NCBI GenBank assembly: GCA_964016885.1
Contig: OZ024741.1
Location: 301,010,001 to 301,074,000 of the forward strand
DNA from: Eledone cirrhosa
Taxonomy: Eukaryota
Length of the DNA: 64,000 nucleotides
Direction of reading: 5' to 3'
Shown here: piece after piece, positions 51,903-64,000 of the stretch
Layout of the letters: each line of letters starts with the position of its first letter
Numbering within the stretch: position 1 is the first letter of the stretch
Program-made: the position numbers and the translations under genes
The notes under the pieces: model-generated
Told to the model about the DNA's origin: nothing
The model's database searches: none
The model's input: only the letters and a program-made list of their open reading frames with translations

Positions 51903-53530
51903 CAACCGAAATCACTGAAATCATTACTCGCCAATGCCAAATTACCTACCACAAACCCACAACCAACTGTCAAAAAATGTGGTCGCTCTAATTGTGGAAC
52001 CTGCACTCACCTCATTGCAGGCAACACGTATACATTAAAAATCAGGACAAAATTTTGCTGTAAAAAATCACTTCACTTGCTCATCAAAAAATCTGTTTTA
52101 TGCCATTAAATTTAAAGGATGCAATGAAGATTATTTAGGACAAACTAAACTCACACTGAGAAATAGAATGACAGTTCATCGCCAACAATTACGAGATCCA
52201 ACCACGAGACAGATACCACTAAGCGCACACCTAGACATTTGCGCAAGTAATAAGACACCCAAATTCCAAGTCTTCCCATTTTACCTTTGCGCTGACAATA
52301 CAACAGGACAAATACGAATAAATAAGGAAAATATGTTTATTCAAAAATATAGACCAGCATTAAATATAGTTTAATATACATTATGTCAACACCATAACAT
52401 GCTAACCATCCAAACAGTCACATACACACACACACACACACAAAATATATATTCTCTTCATCTTAACATGCTAACCATACTCCCACACACACATAACACC
52501 CATACACACACACACTCACCTCCCTCCCCCATTTCTGCTAATAGAATCACTTTCCTACACACACACACAAAATATATATATTCTTTCGATCTAACATACT
52601 CCCACACACACACACATAACACTCATATACACACACAACCCCCACCCCATGTCTACCAATAGAATCATCTTCCTATACACACACACTCACACAAACACAC
52701 AAATAAGCATACATGTCTACTTTCTTTATTTCAATAGAAAATCTGAACTCTGACGCCCCAGCGAACTAGCCATATTCACTGAACCAGAACAATTCTCCCA
52801 TCCCATTTCTCTTGACCATTCTTTTGCTTGTCATAAAATTCTCTAAAAGGCTACAAAATAAATTCCCAAATGTGGGCGTGGAACTTGTTCACGTGACCAT
52901 CATAATTTCATTTATAACCAATCAAATTCCATTTTTTTAAAAAAGCCTTCGTGAGCCACTTTTTTTATTGTCATAAAATTCTCTAAAAGGCTACAAAATA
53001 AATTCCCAAATACGGGTGCGAATAATAATGAACTTGTTCACGTGACACGCATAATTTCATTTATAACCAATCAAATTACATTTTTTAAAAAAAAGCCTTC
53101 GTGAGCCCCTTTTTTAAGTAAACAGAAATTCAAACACTCATATATGAAAAAACAACCTGAACCCCCCCCCCCCCCCTGTTTGAAGAACTTTGTAACGCGA
53201 ACTGGCGCGCGAAATTTATTATACTTATTGACCAACCAATCAAATTACTTCTCGAAAATCCTGGCATTTTGAGCCACTTTTTTCCATATAAAACAAGTAA
53301 CATTCAGAGACCAACCGGATGTGAGAAAAACCACAGACCCTCCATCTCAACTCTACTTTTGAAAAGCAGAAGAACTGCGAACCGGTAAAGGAACCAAATA
53401 AATATACATATATTATTTTTTAAAAAGACTCCAGTTGCATTTTCGATTTCATCTTTTTTTCTTTATACTTTCACTCGTGTAGGACACCTCGGTTATTTTT
53501 CATTTTGTAAAAAAACCTCACTTTCTAATA
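51897..53530 (+). mobile_element. Penelope-like element family D (Neptune-like) 3' fragment: GIY-YIG + UTR/pLTR
   Basis: [22 protein letters not shown]...YLGQT..LRNRMTVHRQQ..IPLS.H..INKE (51897-52374). Internal tandem duplication ~52830-53115. HHR missing one A at 53352-53392. TA on both flanks. Confidence 0.88.
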
Positions 53531-54054
53531 TATATATATATATATATTTATTTATTTATATATGTGTGTGTATGTGTATTATCCCCTCTCTCCCTCCCTC
53601 TCTCTCACTCTCTATTTATTGCTCTCTATCTCTTCCTCGCTCCCCCCCTCTCTCTCTCTCTCTTGCTCTCTTGATCTCTCTCTCTATATATATATATGTG
53701 TGTGTGTATGCATTTGTGTATACATGAGCGTATGGACATCCGTATTTCATTCTTATAAACTATACATTTCAAATTCTATATTTCAATTGAATTACGTAAT
53801 ATTTCGATCTTGCTTATCTTGATATATTTCAGATATATACTAATATATTGTTCTTGTGTAATTATCTAATTTTGAAAGGTTAAGGAATACAGACTGGTCT
53901 GGTGGTATGGCAATAAACATTTATATAATCAAGCCAAATTGTCGCATTGGCCTATTCCACCTGCATATTCTCATTTTCTCTCTCTTACTCTCTCTCCCCC
54001 TATGTGCCTCTCAGATTATTCATCTCTTATTAAAATGTGAAATAATATACAAAA

Positions 54055-54205
54055 CAGGTGAATTGGAGGAGTAGTTAGAATGTCGGAGTGAATGCTTTGT
54101 GGTATTCGTTCCGTTTCTCTGCTCTCTGAGTTCTAGTCCAGCCGAGGTAAACTTTGCCATTCATCCATTCGAAGTCGATAAAATAAGTACAAATCTAGTA
54201 CTGGA
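54055..54205 (+). mobile_element. Old degenerate SINE
   Basis: CTGAGTTCTAGTCC..GAGGTAAACTTTGCCATTCATCC..GTCGATAAAATAAGTAC. Confidence 0.65.
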
Positions 54206-54289
54206 GTCGATTCTTCCTCTATATCATTTTATCACATCCCCTCTCTTTCAATCTCTATCCTTCTTTGGAAGGAATCTGCTGTATTCAGA

Positions 54290-55008
54290 CCTGGAGAGGC
54301 GAGGTGACGAAACCGTTCTGCACGTACTTGTCCAATGTCCGTGCATTACTGACTTGTGGAGTTATGTCGAACAGCTACTGTCGCGTGTGGAACGAATCCG
54401 GCTATCCGCCGAGTCCATAGTGAAGATCGAGCCGCCACCTTCCTTAGGTCAGGAAGAGCAGGAAATGTTCCTCTGTCTGGTGGCAGTTGCGAAAGAGATT
54501 ATAAGGTGGACCAGGTTGAAAAGGCTAAAGACAAACACTTTCCACTTCGGCCAATCCCTCATCAACTTCTTCAAGTTTCACCTGGAAAGGAGGGTGAGAG
54601 TGGAGAGAGAAGTGCTGCCCCCCCCCCCCCCCAGTACATTTGCTAAAAGGTGGGTGAATGTGGCGAGAATGGCTCGTGTGAATGGGCCTACTCTGACCAT
54701 GCGCCTATAGGCTGGCTAACTTCAGGAGAGGGGTGCTCTCCCTGGGTGCCCTAGAAGAGCAGGGTGGTTCAGGATTGGTGGGGTACCCGAATCACCCCAG
54801 GGTCGTCCACCCCCTATCGGGGAATTTATTTTGTTATATTTATACATAGTTTATTTTATATTTTTATATTTTCATTGTTAAATTAGTCTTGCCATTGTGC
54901 ACTTTTACTCGACCTTATTGTAAACCCCCACTGTCCCTGTCTTTGTATTGTCCCCTACATGTCGGCCGTTGTGGCTAATAAATGAAATCATTATTATTAT
55001 TATTATTA
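54290..55008 (+). mobile_element. Tx1/L1-like 3' fragment with (ATT)n tail
   Basis: GDETVLHVLVQCP...FKFHLERRVRVEREVL...ARMARVNGPTL is homologous to 49180-49579. Confidence 0.88.
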
Positions 55009-55195
55009 GGGCGGTGAATTGGCAGTATCGGTAGAGGGTTGGACGCCATGCTTTCTAGCATAGTTACGTCCCTTTACAGTCTGAGTTCAAATCCCGCCGA
55101 GGTTAACTTTGCCTTTCATCCTTACGGGGTCGATAAAATAAAGTACCAGTAATGTACTGGGTAGTTGCTGGCCTTGTGCCTAAAGTAGAAACAAT
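55009..55195 (+). mobile_element. tRNA-derived SINE, full length, in (ATT)n
   Basis: TGGCAGTATCGGTAG A-box, GAGTTCAAATCCC B-box, (ATT)n on both sides. Confidence 0.9.
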
Positions 55196-55196
55196 T

Positions 55197-55242
<46 letters not shown>

Positions 55243-55244
55243 AC

Positions 55245-55306
<62 letters not shown>

Positions 55307-56189
55307 TTCTATATGTGGGGATGGGGGGATGGGAGGTGGTTGTGGTTGAATATCGAAATATATGCGAAATGTTCATGCAAATAAATATTTTTGTAGTCTC
55401 GCCATCAATTTTATAGCCGTGATTTTTCCACAAATATACTTAGCAAACGCTCCACCTTCCCCACGATAATTAAAATTGTAGGCCATTTGGTTGTATAGAT
55501 GCGTTGCTTTGCCTGAAATGCATGTCTATGTTCTGTTTCAAGTAGGTACTTCTGATCACCTACGTTTGGGGGTGTAGAGGGTCTATCAGAAAAGAACTAT
55601 ATTACTTCCTTTACCATATTGTAATTTGTTCACTCCTACTTTATGCCCGCTCATTATTATTTAATTGTACAAAGAGGTCACTTTATAATTTCTACATGAG
55701 TTCCCTAAATGTATATAGCTGTTTAAAAGGAACATTGAGGACACCGGAAAATTATTACATTACGTATGTTCATTTTTATTTTTATTTTAAAGGAGTTATA
55801 TATATTTTGATTCGAGAACAGAAATTATTACGGTACCTTCTCATTGTTGACATCACGGTTGGAGTCAGTGGTAGATTTTCAGGTGGCCCCATACGTGATT
55901 CTAAAAGCAAGATACAACAGCGTCCATATCCTTTTCTAGTGAACAATAGCTTTGTATATATGTGTATTCTTTGGCAGATTTCAAATAAATAGCTGTTTAT
56001 TTTTAAATATTTATGCATTTATAACGTCAACTTACAATTATATTAAATTTAATTTGTTTTATATCGCTTTATTAAATTTGAAATTTGTATAATTCATTGA
56101 ACAATAAAGATAAATAACGGAGTCCAATTTTTCATAAACTTACATATAACTCATTAAGAACACTGCAGAGTTTCAACTGAACCACACAA

Positions 56190-56790
56190 CTCTCCGAGAG
56201 CACACGGGAAGGGGTGCACCCCTCTCCTCTGTATATCCGTCATGGTCAGAGTATGCCCAATCATACGGGCCATTCTCACTACATCACCCACCTTTTAGCA
56301 AATGTACTGGTGGCAGCACTTCTCGCTCCTACCTAACCTTCTTTTCCAAGTGAAACTTGAAAATGTTGATGAAGGATTGGTCAAAGAGAAACGTTTCTAT
56401 CTTCAGTCCTTTCAATCTGCTCCATCACACAAAACCTCTTTCGCTACGGCCGCGAGACAGAGGAAAACTGTCTCCACTTCCCGGTCAAAAGAAATCGGTG
56501 AGTCAATCTTTACTATGGACTCGGTCGACAGTCGGATCCGTCTAACAGCGACAACAGCTGTTCAACAATTCGACAAGTCTGTAATATACGGACGCAGGAC
56601 GAGTGTGTGCAGAACGGTTTTGTCGTTCTGCGCACATGTCGGACATGCCCGTCTAATCTCACTTTCATGCCTGTAGAGTTTATACTGATCCGGCAGCACC
56701 CACCACCTAGGTAGCACAGTTAAGCGAGGCATTTCTGGAAGTCATCCATGATTCCCGTCTCACAAGTCCTCCGGAACAGACAGGTCAATT
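56190..56790 (-). mobile_element. Tx1/L1-like 3' fragment, decayed
   Basis: rc reads MDDFQK...KLYRH...RACPTCAQNDKTVLH...ESIVKI...FFNIFKFHL, homologous to 49060-49570. Confidence 0.8.
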
Positions 56791-57366
56791 CTATTTCGTC
56801 GAAACACATCCAAATATATGACGTCAAGTGATAAGATACTTTAAAGTCTTAAAATGCCTGATATATCTAAAAAAGGTAAACCGTACGTAATACTAAGTTC
56901 AAACAGTGCTCGTTCATGAAATACGTCATCAACAGTTTGAAATCTCCCTTGACCTGTTACATTAAATAGAACTGTGTATCGTAATTTTCTTTCACGTGAT
57001 AAATTAAATGAAATAGGATATGTCGAAAACATTAAAAATGTGCAAAAGATATTCAGAAAATGAACAAAGAATATTAGAAAACGTAGACACCCGAAATACA
57101 AAATTTCGAGGTGAGTTTGGTTCACTCCATGTTATTAATATTGAAAACTGTAGTGGTGTAATATAGAAAAGAAACTTTGGGTTATATATTAATAGAAATT
57201 TGAAAATTAGAACGATAGAACTGTTTATTCGGAAATTGGTTGTGAAAAACACCAAATAATTTCTCTTAAGGGTTCAATATAAATATATGAAACTTTATAA
57301 ACTATTTGAATAATATATATTTAAAATACTTTCGAAACATGAGGTTTAAAAACATTTATACGTACA

Positions 57367-57405
<39 letters not shown>

Positions 57406-57474
57406 AAAAAAAGATGAAATCGAAAATATAACTGGAGTCTTATTTTTTTTTAAATATATATATATTTATTCGGT

Positions 57475-57516
57475 TCCTTTACCGGTTTCGCAGTTCTTCT
57501 GCTTTTCAAAAGTAGA
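57475..57516 (-). ncRNA. Hammerhead ribozyme, U3-A8 variant
   Basis: Reverse complement of 58695-58736. Confidence 0.8.
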
Positions 57517-58297
57517 GTTGAGATGGAGGGTCTGTGGATTTTCTCACATCTGGTTGTTCTCTGAATGTTACTTGTTTTATATGGAAAAAAGTGGCTCGAA
57601 ATGCCAGGTTTATAAAGAAGTAATTTGATTGTTTGGTCAATAATTATAATAAATTTCGCGCGAGTTCGCGTTACAAAGTTCTTCAAACAAGGGGGGGAGG
57701 ACTCAGGTTGTTCTTTCATATATGAGTGTTTGAATTTCTTTTTACTTAAAAAAAGGGGCTCACGAAGGCTTTTTTTAAATAAATGTAATTTGATTGGTTA
57801 TAAATGAAATTATGCGTGTCACGTGAACAAGTTTTCATTAAATTTTCGCGCCCTTATTTGGAAATCTATTCTGTAGCCTTTTTAGAGAATTTTATGACAA
57901 GCAAAAGATAATGGTCAAGAGAAATGGGATGGGAGAATTGTTCCGGTTCAGTAAATATGGTTAGTTCGCTGCGGTGTCAGAATTCAGATTTTCTATTGAA
58001 ATAAAGAAGGTAAAGATCTGTATGTTTATTTGTGTTCTTGTGTGTGTGTATTGGAAGATGATTCTGTTAGTAGAAATGGGGGAGGGAGTTGTGTGTGTGT
58101 GTATATGGGTGTTATGTGTGTGGGGGGGGGAGTATGTTAAGATGGAGAGAATATATATATTGTGTGTATGTGTATATATGTGTGTAGGAAAGTGATTCTT
58201 TTAGTAGAAATGGGGGTGTTGTGTGTGTGTGGGGGGGTTTATGTATGTGTATGGGTGTTATGTGTGTGGGAGTATGGTTAGCATGTTAAGATGAAGA

Positions 58298-58332
<35 letters not shown>

Positions 58333-58694
58333 GTGTGTTTGTGTGTGTAGGAATATTTTTGAATGAACATATTTTCCTTACCTATTCGTATTTGTTCTGT
58401 TTTATTGTCAGCGCAAACGCATGTTAAGGTTTATTTAGTTCGGGTTTTTATTTTCTAAAGTCTTAAGTAAAACGAAATTCAAACACTCATATATGAAAGA
58501 ACAACCTGATCCCCCCCCCCTTGTTTGAAGAACTTTGTAACGCTAACTCGCGCGAAATTTATTATAATTATTGACCAAACAATCAAATTACTTCTATATA
58601 AACCTGGCATTTCGAGCCACTTTTTTCCATATAAAACAAGTAACATTCAGAGACCAACCAGATGTGAGAAAAACCACAGACCCTCCATCTCAAC

Positions 58695-58736
58695 TCTACT
58701 TTTGAAAAGCAGAAGAACTGCGAAACCGGTAAAGGA
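58695..58736 (+). ncRNA. Hammerhead ribozyme, U3-A8 variant
   Basis: TCtaCTT-TTGAAAA-GCAG AAGAA CTGC-GAAAC-CG-GTA|AAGGA. Palindromic ACCGGT stem III. Confidence 0.8.
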
Positions 58737-58864
58737 ACCAAATAAATATATATATATTTTTTTAAATAAGACTCCAGTTGCATTTTCGATTTCATCTTTT
58801 TTTCTTTATACTTTCACTCGTGTAGGACACCTCCGTTATTTTTCATTTTGTAAAAAAACCTCAC

Positions 58865-58948
<84 letters not shown>

Positions 58949-59030
58949 ATATGTGTGTGTGTATACATATATAGGAATATATATACATATATAGGAATAA
59001 ACCCACACACTCACACAGACAGACACAGAT

Positions 59031-59062
<32 letters not shown>

Positions 59063-59066
59063 GTGT

Positions 59067-59135
<69 letters not shown>

Positions 59136-59290
59136 AGGCGACAACTTATATTCTTTAAATCTCGAGGATTTTTTGTTCCGTATAGCGTTCTAACCATATT
59201 TTCCTATAATCTAAAAGATAGGTATAACTATAACAACGTATTTGATTACAACAGATTGCCATCTTTTGATTTATCAATTTATTATTTAAA

Positions 59291-59505
59291 CGGCGGTGGA
59301 TTGGCAGAATCGGTAGGGCGTCGGACAACATGGTTAGCGGCATACAGTTGTGGCCCTTTACGTCTATGTTCAAATCCCACCGAGGTTAGCTTCACCTTTC
59401 ATTCTTAAGGGTCGAAAAATAAAGCAACAGTAATGCACTGGGGTTGATTTAATCGATTTTCCCTTCCCTCAAAAATTGTTGGCCATGTGCCTAAATCAGA
59501 AACCA
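59291..59505 (+). mobile_element. tRNA-derived SINE, longer 3' variant
   Basis: GGCGGTGGATTGGCAGAATCGGTAG, GTTCAAATCCC and conserved body. Confidence 0.85.
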
Positions 59506-60370
59506 TTATTTAAAAACTTTCTTTAGGTTTTCACACTGTAGATAATATATTCATTTATTGACGTCGTATTTGTCCTTCTTCATGTCGGTTAAGCCTTATT
59601 ACATTTAATTCAGTGTAGTTAACTTTCCTGAAACTTGCATACTGTAATGACGAAACTATATACAATCATTATCCACTATCATTCGATTGTCGTCTTTGTT
59701 TTATTTTCCATTATGTGCCAATATTTATGGTACACATTTTACCTTGTTCATGATTATTTCATATTAATCAATGCTTGATATATTATTTACGTATCACCAC
59801 ACGCATTGTTCTTTTGGTGCTGCATTCTGAGGTGTTATTTGCCTTATAAGGATGGAAGAGAATAAATATGGTCGCTTTGTAAGATATTATGGTGTAAATA
59901 ATCTTCATAAAATTCATTTTAAGCAGACATAGCGCCAATAACTGTTTTAATAAATATAAATTTAACTATACACAGTGCATTAATGTGATATAATTTTTTC
60001 ACAAAAACCCTAAGGATTGTTTCCTCAAATAACACTATCTACTACAGTGTACATTAATATGTATGATATAAAATAATGCAGAATTAATCGAATCGAAATA
60101 CATTTTCTAGGTGTATAATTTTAAATAAAAATAATAGCAACGAAACAATAGGAATAACAAATTTTTTTTTTCTTTCATAATTTTAAGACACAATCTATAA
60201 TGTTTCTGAATTTTACTTTACTACTAACATCATATGCCAAGATATACTCTCATTTAACTTGCAAATAATTTATTTTAAATGGAATACTGATTTTAGTTTC
60301 AATAGGCAATTATATATACCTCTTATTGATTTCACGCTATCTTACATAAAATAAACGTCTTTTATAATAT

Positions 60371-60402
60371 ACTAGCAGAATGGCCCGGCGTTGCTCGGGA
60401 TT
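60371..60402 (-). mobile_element. Helitron-like 3' terminus
   Basis: rc: CCCGAGCAACGCCGGGCCATTCTGCTAGT, same hairpin + CTAG as 2884-2912. Confidence 0.6.
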
Positions 60403-61051
60403 TGCAATAGGATTCGTATATATTTGATATATATTTATCCTTATCGAACCTCGTGAAATAAATACGTTTGTTTATATTTTGTTATTATGTATGCAAAAAT
60501 ATCTGTCCATAAATATATAATTATATATATATTAAAATAACAGACTAAAGCTTAAGCAAAGAATCACTGCTTTCACTCTTAACGGGATATTCTACCTAAA
60601 AGCAGTATGAAGTACATACACTAAGACTAATTGATGTAATCTTTGGTCTTGTTTGTTTACATTTTGTTTTTGTGTATGCAAAAATATCTGTATACGAATA
60701 TCTATATTAAAATAACATATTAATGTTTAAGCAAAGAATCGCTGCTTTCAACCTTAACGGGATCTTCTTAAACTAAAAAAATCAATCTGGAAAACAGGAA
60801 GACGATACTTTGGTTCGTGAATACGTTCCCTGGCATAAGAATATATATACACACACACACTGATCGCGTCATATTGACGTAATGCAGACAGTCAGGCATA
60901 CAGACAGATATTATGAAGGCGCGACGTCATATCTATGTATCTATCTAAAAAGAGAAAGAGATCGCTAACTCATAAGGGAAGCAGACGACATATACACATG
61001 TATATAAATATATATAATAATAATAATAATATATATACATATATATATATA

Positions 61052-61766
61052 TATGATAAAATGGGGAGAAAAATACTGCTGGTAGCACATGGATAACGTA
61101 ATAAAATAAGTCCCTCATCAGTGATTTGCCGACGATCATAGATATTTCATTGCATTAAAAATCATATACCTCACGTCGGTGCAATAATATCCAAATTAAG
61201 TTATTAGGACAATTAAAACGCGTAAAGGGAGTGAGACAAGATAACAACAAAGAGTAGAGCTAACCGTAGAAGGGAGGAAACAAGCTTCATAGTTATTCTG
61301 TTAGCATAAGCTAGGTGAATATATGAGCGCTTAGAAAAAAGACCTTTTGCGAACGAATGCAATGTGAGAAAGAGAGAAATTGCTTTCGTCGCGAACGGGG
61401 TGAAGTGAGGAGAGGAGAAACAGTGAGTGAGTGAGTTAAAGTGTGAGGAAGAGTTAACTGACATGACAGAGGGGGCGAAAGAAAGTAGGAGAAACAGAGA
61501 GAATGAGGGAGCAGTAAGAGAGAGAGAGAGAGAAAAACAGAATCGCAGTTTAGGGAATTATATGTGATAAAATGGGGAGAAAAATACTGCTGGTAGCACA
61601 TGGATAACATGTAATAAAATAAGTCCCTCATCAGTGATTTGCCGACGATCATAGATATTTCATTGCATTAAAAATCATATACCTCACGTCGGTGCAATAA
61701 TAACTAAATTAAGTTATTAGGACAATTAAAACGCGTAAAGGGAGTGAGACAAGATAACAACAAAGA

Positions 61767-61768
<2 letters not shown>
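61052..61768. repeat. ~205 bp direct repeat pair
   Basis: 61052-61258 is near-identical to 61562-61768 (duplicated ORF start MIVGKSLMRDLFYY). Confidence 0.88.
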
Positions 61769-61816
<48 letters not shown>

Positions 61817-61833
61817 GTGTATACAGATACACA

Positions 61834-64000
61834 CGGCAATGTTCCTTGTTGCATATGCCGTTGAACCAATCAATCACCGCGAAAGAATTGTTCCACAGTG
61901 CAAGAGGGGCCTAACTTCTAATTTCAGGTATAATTCTATCAAGAGTCCTTTTACTAAGTCTACCTAAATCGGACTCCGTAGCGTTAATAAGCCGAATATA
62001 GGGGTTGTTCGGAAAATTGGATTTGTGATCCTTCAGGGTAAAGTGGCGAGAAATAGGGTCCAGAGGTTCAGTCCGGTCCAGGATGTTGTGATCAGGGGTG
62101 ATTTTAAACCCAGCATCGTTGATTTCATTAATGACGTTCCGATTAGTTTTACGGTAATTTACAGTATTATGTAGCAGTTGATGGTAAGTACTGCGTTCTA
62201 CTTTGTATAGATTGCCAGTTTTGTCGGAATGGACGTGCACGGAATTAGAATCCTTAATAGAACGAATTCTCACTCATAGTGGTTAAGGATTTCGAAGTTG
62301 ATGTCATCCTCAATGCCCGTAAGTCGGTGATTAATTTCGACGACTCTATTTGGATTAAAAAATCTAATAGTACCCCCATTCGACGTGAGTATGGGCGCCA
62401 GTGATTCTGTGGAGGTTACTGATCTTATCGGCCTTTTCCTTCTTTTCTCTATCAAGGAAGAATTCCCCAGCGCTGGTGGTGGTTTGTACCGTGATGATGG
62501 TCTTTTGACCATGACTAAGTGTGGCCCACGTGCTTGCAACAGGTTCAGAAAGAACTCACAGCCTTCTTTAAAGGCTTCAACCTCTCCATACTGGTTGAGG
62601 CCAACCACTCGGTCGTTAATTACCTCGACGTTACCCGCAATTTATCGAATGGCTTGCATTACCCGTATAGAAAGCCGAATGATACGCTTAATTACATAAG
62701 GAAGCATAACCAAGAAATTGGTAAGAAACGTTTCTTTGAGGCTTTCCCGTCTATCTACTAACGAGCGTATTTTCAACGACCATTCCACATATTACAATGA
62801 AGCTCTTTCACGGAGTGGATTTGTCGATAAGGTAGCATATACAGAGTACGAGAATAGACCTAGAAGAAATAGATCCCGAAGCATTATATGGTATAACCCA
62901 CCATATAATATGGAGGTGGCCACACCATTAGCTAAGATCTTTCTCTCCCTTATTATGAAGCATTTTCCCCTACACATAAATATAGTAAAATTTTTAATAG
63001 AAATACTATTAAAATTTCTTACTCTACGACTCCTAACTTTGCACATAACATCACAGCTTCAAATTTAGCTAAACTACCTAGCTGTAGGAACACGTGCAAC
63101 CCTGTAGTTAGTACTAACTGTAATTGTAGGAATCGGGCTGACTGCCCCCTATCCGGGAAATGCCTCTCTAGTAACGTTGTCTACAAATGTAAGGTTGAAA
63201 CACCCACGTCCCGTAGGGCCTAAATAGAGTTAACCGCCAATAGATTCAGGCAGCGTCTTTACATGCATACCCATTCTTTTCGTTACTCTTTAAGAATGAA
63301 TATGACGTCACTTTCAGCTTATATCTGGAGTCTAAAAGACAACCACGCCCAATAAAAGTTACACTGGGAGATACTAGCTAGGGCTAGATCGTATAACGGA
63401 AATAAAAGACCATGTGACCTCTGCGCCGCTGAGGCCCTGGAAATACTCTACGCCAAAGACCACATATTAAACAAAGAATCTGAGGCAATTTCGGCTTGTA
63501 AATATAAATTGCACAAAACTTTCCTGTATTACAGCCCCACATTATACCCTAACGAATAGTACGAACTATACGCGGATATTTTACGTCTTGATGTGGTAGC
63601 TATGTTTGTTATGTTTGTTATGTTTGTAGCTAAGTATACGTTATGTTTGTACCACTACTTATTTGTATAGGTAAGTATATATTACATGTATGTTTTGTGA
63701 AGGTACGTATACTTTCTCGTACGTATATTTGATTGTATATGTTATGGTGTATATATTATATATTCTGGTACATATGCTTTTGGTTATGTGTATACGTGAG
63801 TTTTGCATTTGTGTGAGTATGCGGGTTCGTACGTAGTAGGGTGTGTGTTTATGTGTACTTTGTATTTTGGTTGACGTACGTCTCCGAACATATGTGTATT
63901 TACATGTAGGTATGTGTGTACGCTTGTTATATACGTATTTATTCATTTATATACGTTTATTTAATTATATGTATACACGCACACACACAAACATATATAT
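61834..64000 (+). mobile_element. Second PLE family A copy with 5' inversion, decayed ORF
   Basis: 62270-63560 is homologous to the rc of 10194-11505. 61834-62269 encodes the upstream RT part on the minus strand. UTR 63560-64000 matches the rc of 9790-10190. Confidence 0.9.

Larger units (their letters stand above)
57400..58870. mobile_element. PLE family D tails-out inverted insertion (almost no ORF)
   Basis: 57400-58415 is the rc of ~52290-53460. 58465-58870 is a plus copy of 53120-53530. (TA)n on both flanks. Confidence 0.88.

Noticed and set aside
61105-61125. CTGATGA (minus strand) in the 205 bp direct repeat, also at ~61628
   Set aside because: No stem II/GAAA/NUH arrangement follows, so not a hammerhead.

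Overview
Eukaryotic, AT-rich, microsatellite-dense, repeat-dominated window. The tRNA-derived SINE family and the TA/CA microsatellite load resemble an octopod cephalopod genome (inference). No host gene can be identified with confidence, and nearly all listed ORFs are microsatellite artefacts. The real coding content is retroelements: several Penelope-like elements (PLEs; RT + C-terminal GIY-YIG) of Hydra-like (CxCx5C linker) and Neptune-like (Cx4CxxC linker) type, a CRE-like RLE LINE with a PHD finger, a Dong/R4-like LINE, a near full-length Tx1/L1-like LINE, RTE fragments, about 12 SINEs and Helitron-like ends. The main signal is non-coding. I read about 20 hammerhead ribozyme (HHR)-like motifs by eye, in PLE pseudo-LTRs, in solo TA-flanked cassettes and in ORF-less fold-back (palindromic) elements with one outward-facing HHR per arm. 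Three different repeat families carry the compensatory U3-A8 core (UUGANAA instead of CUGANGA), which standard HHR searches miss. Most coordinates are read by eye and may be off by a few bases.
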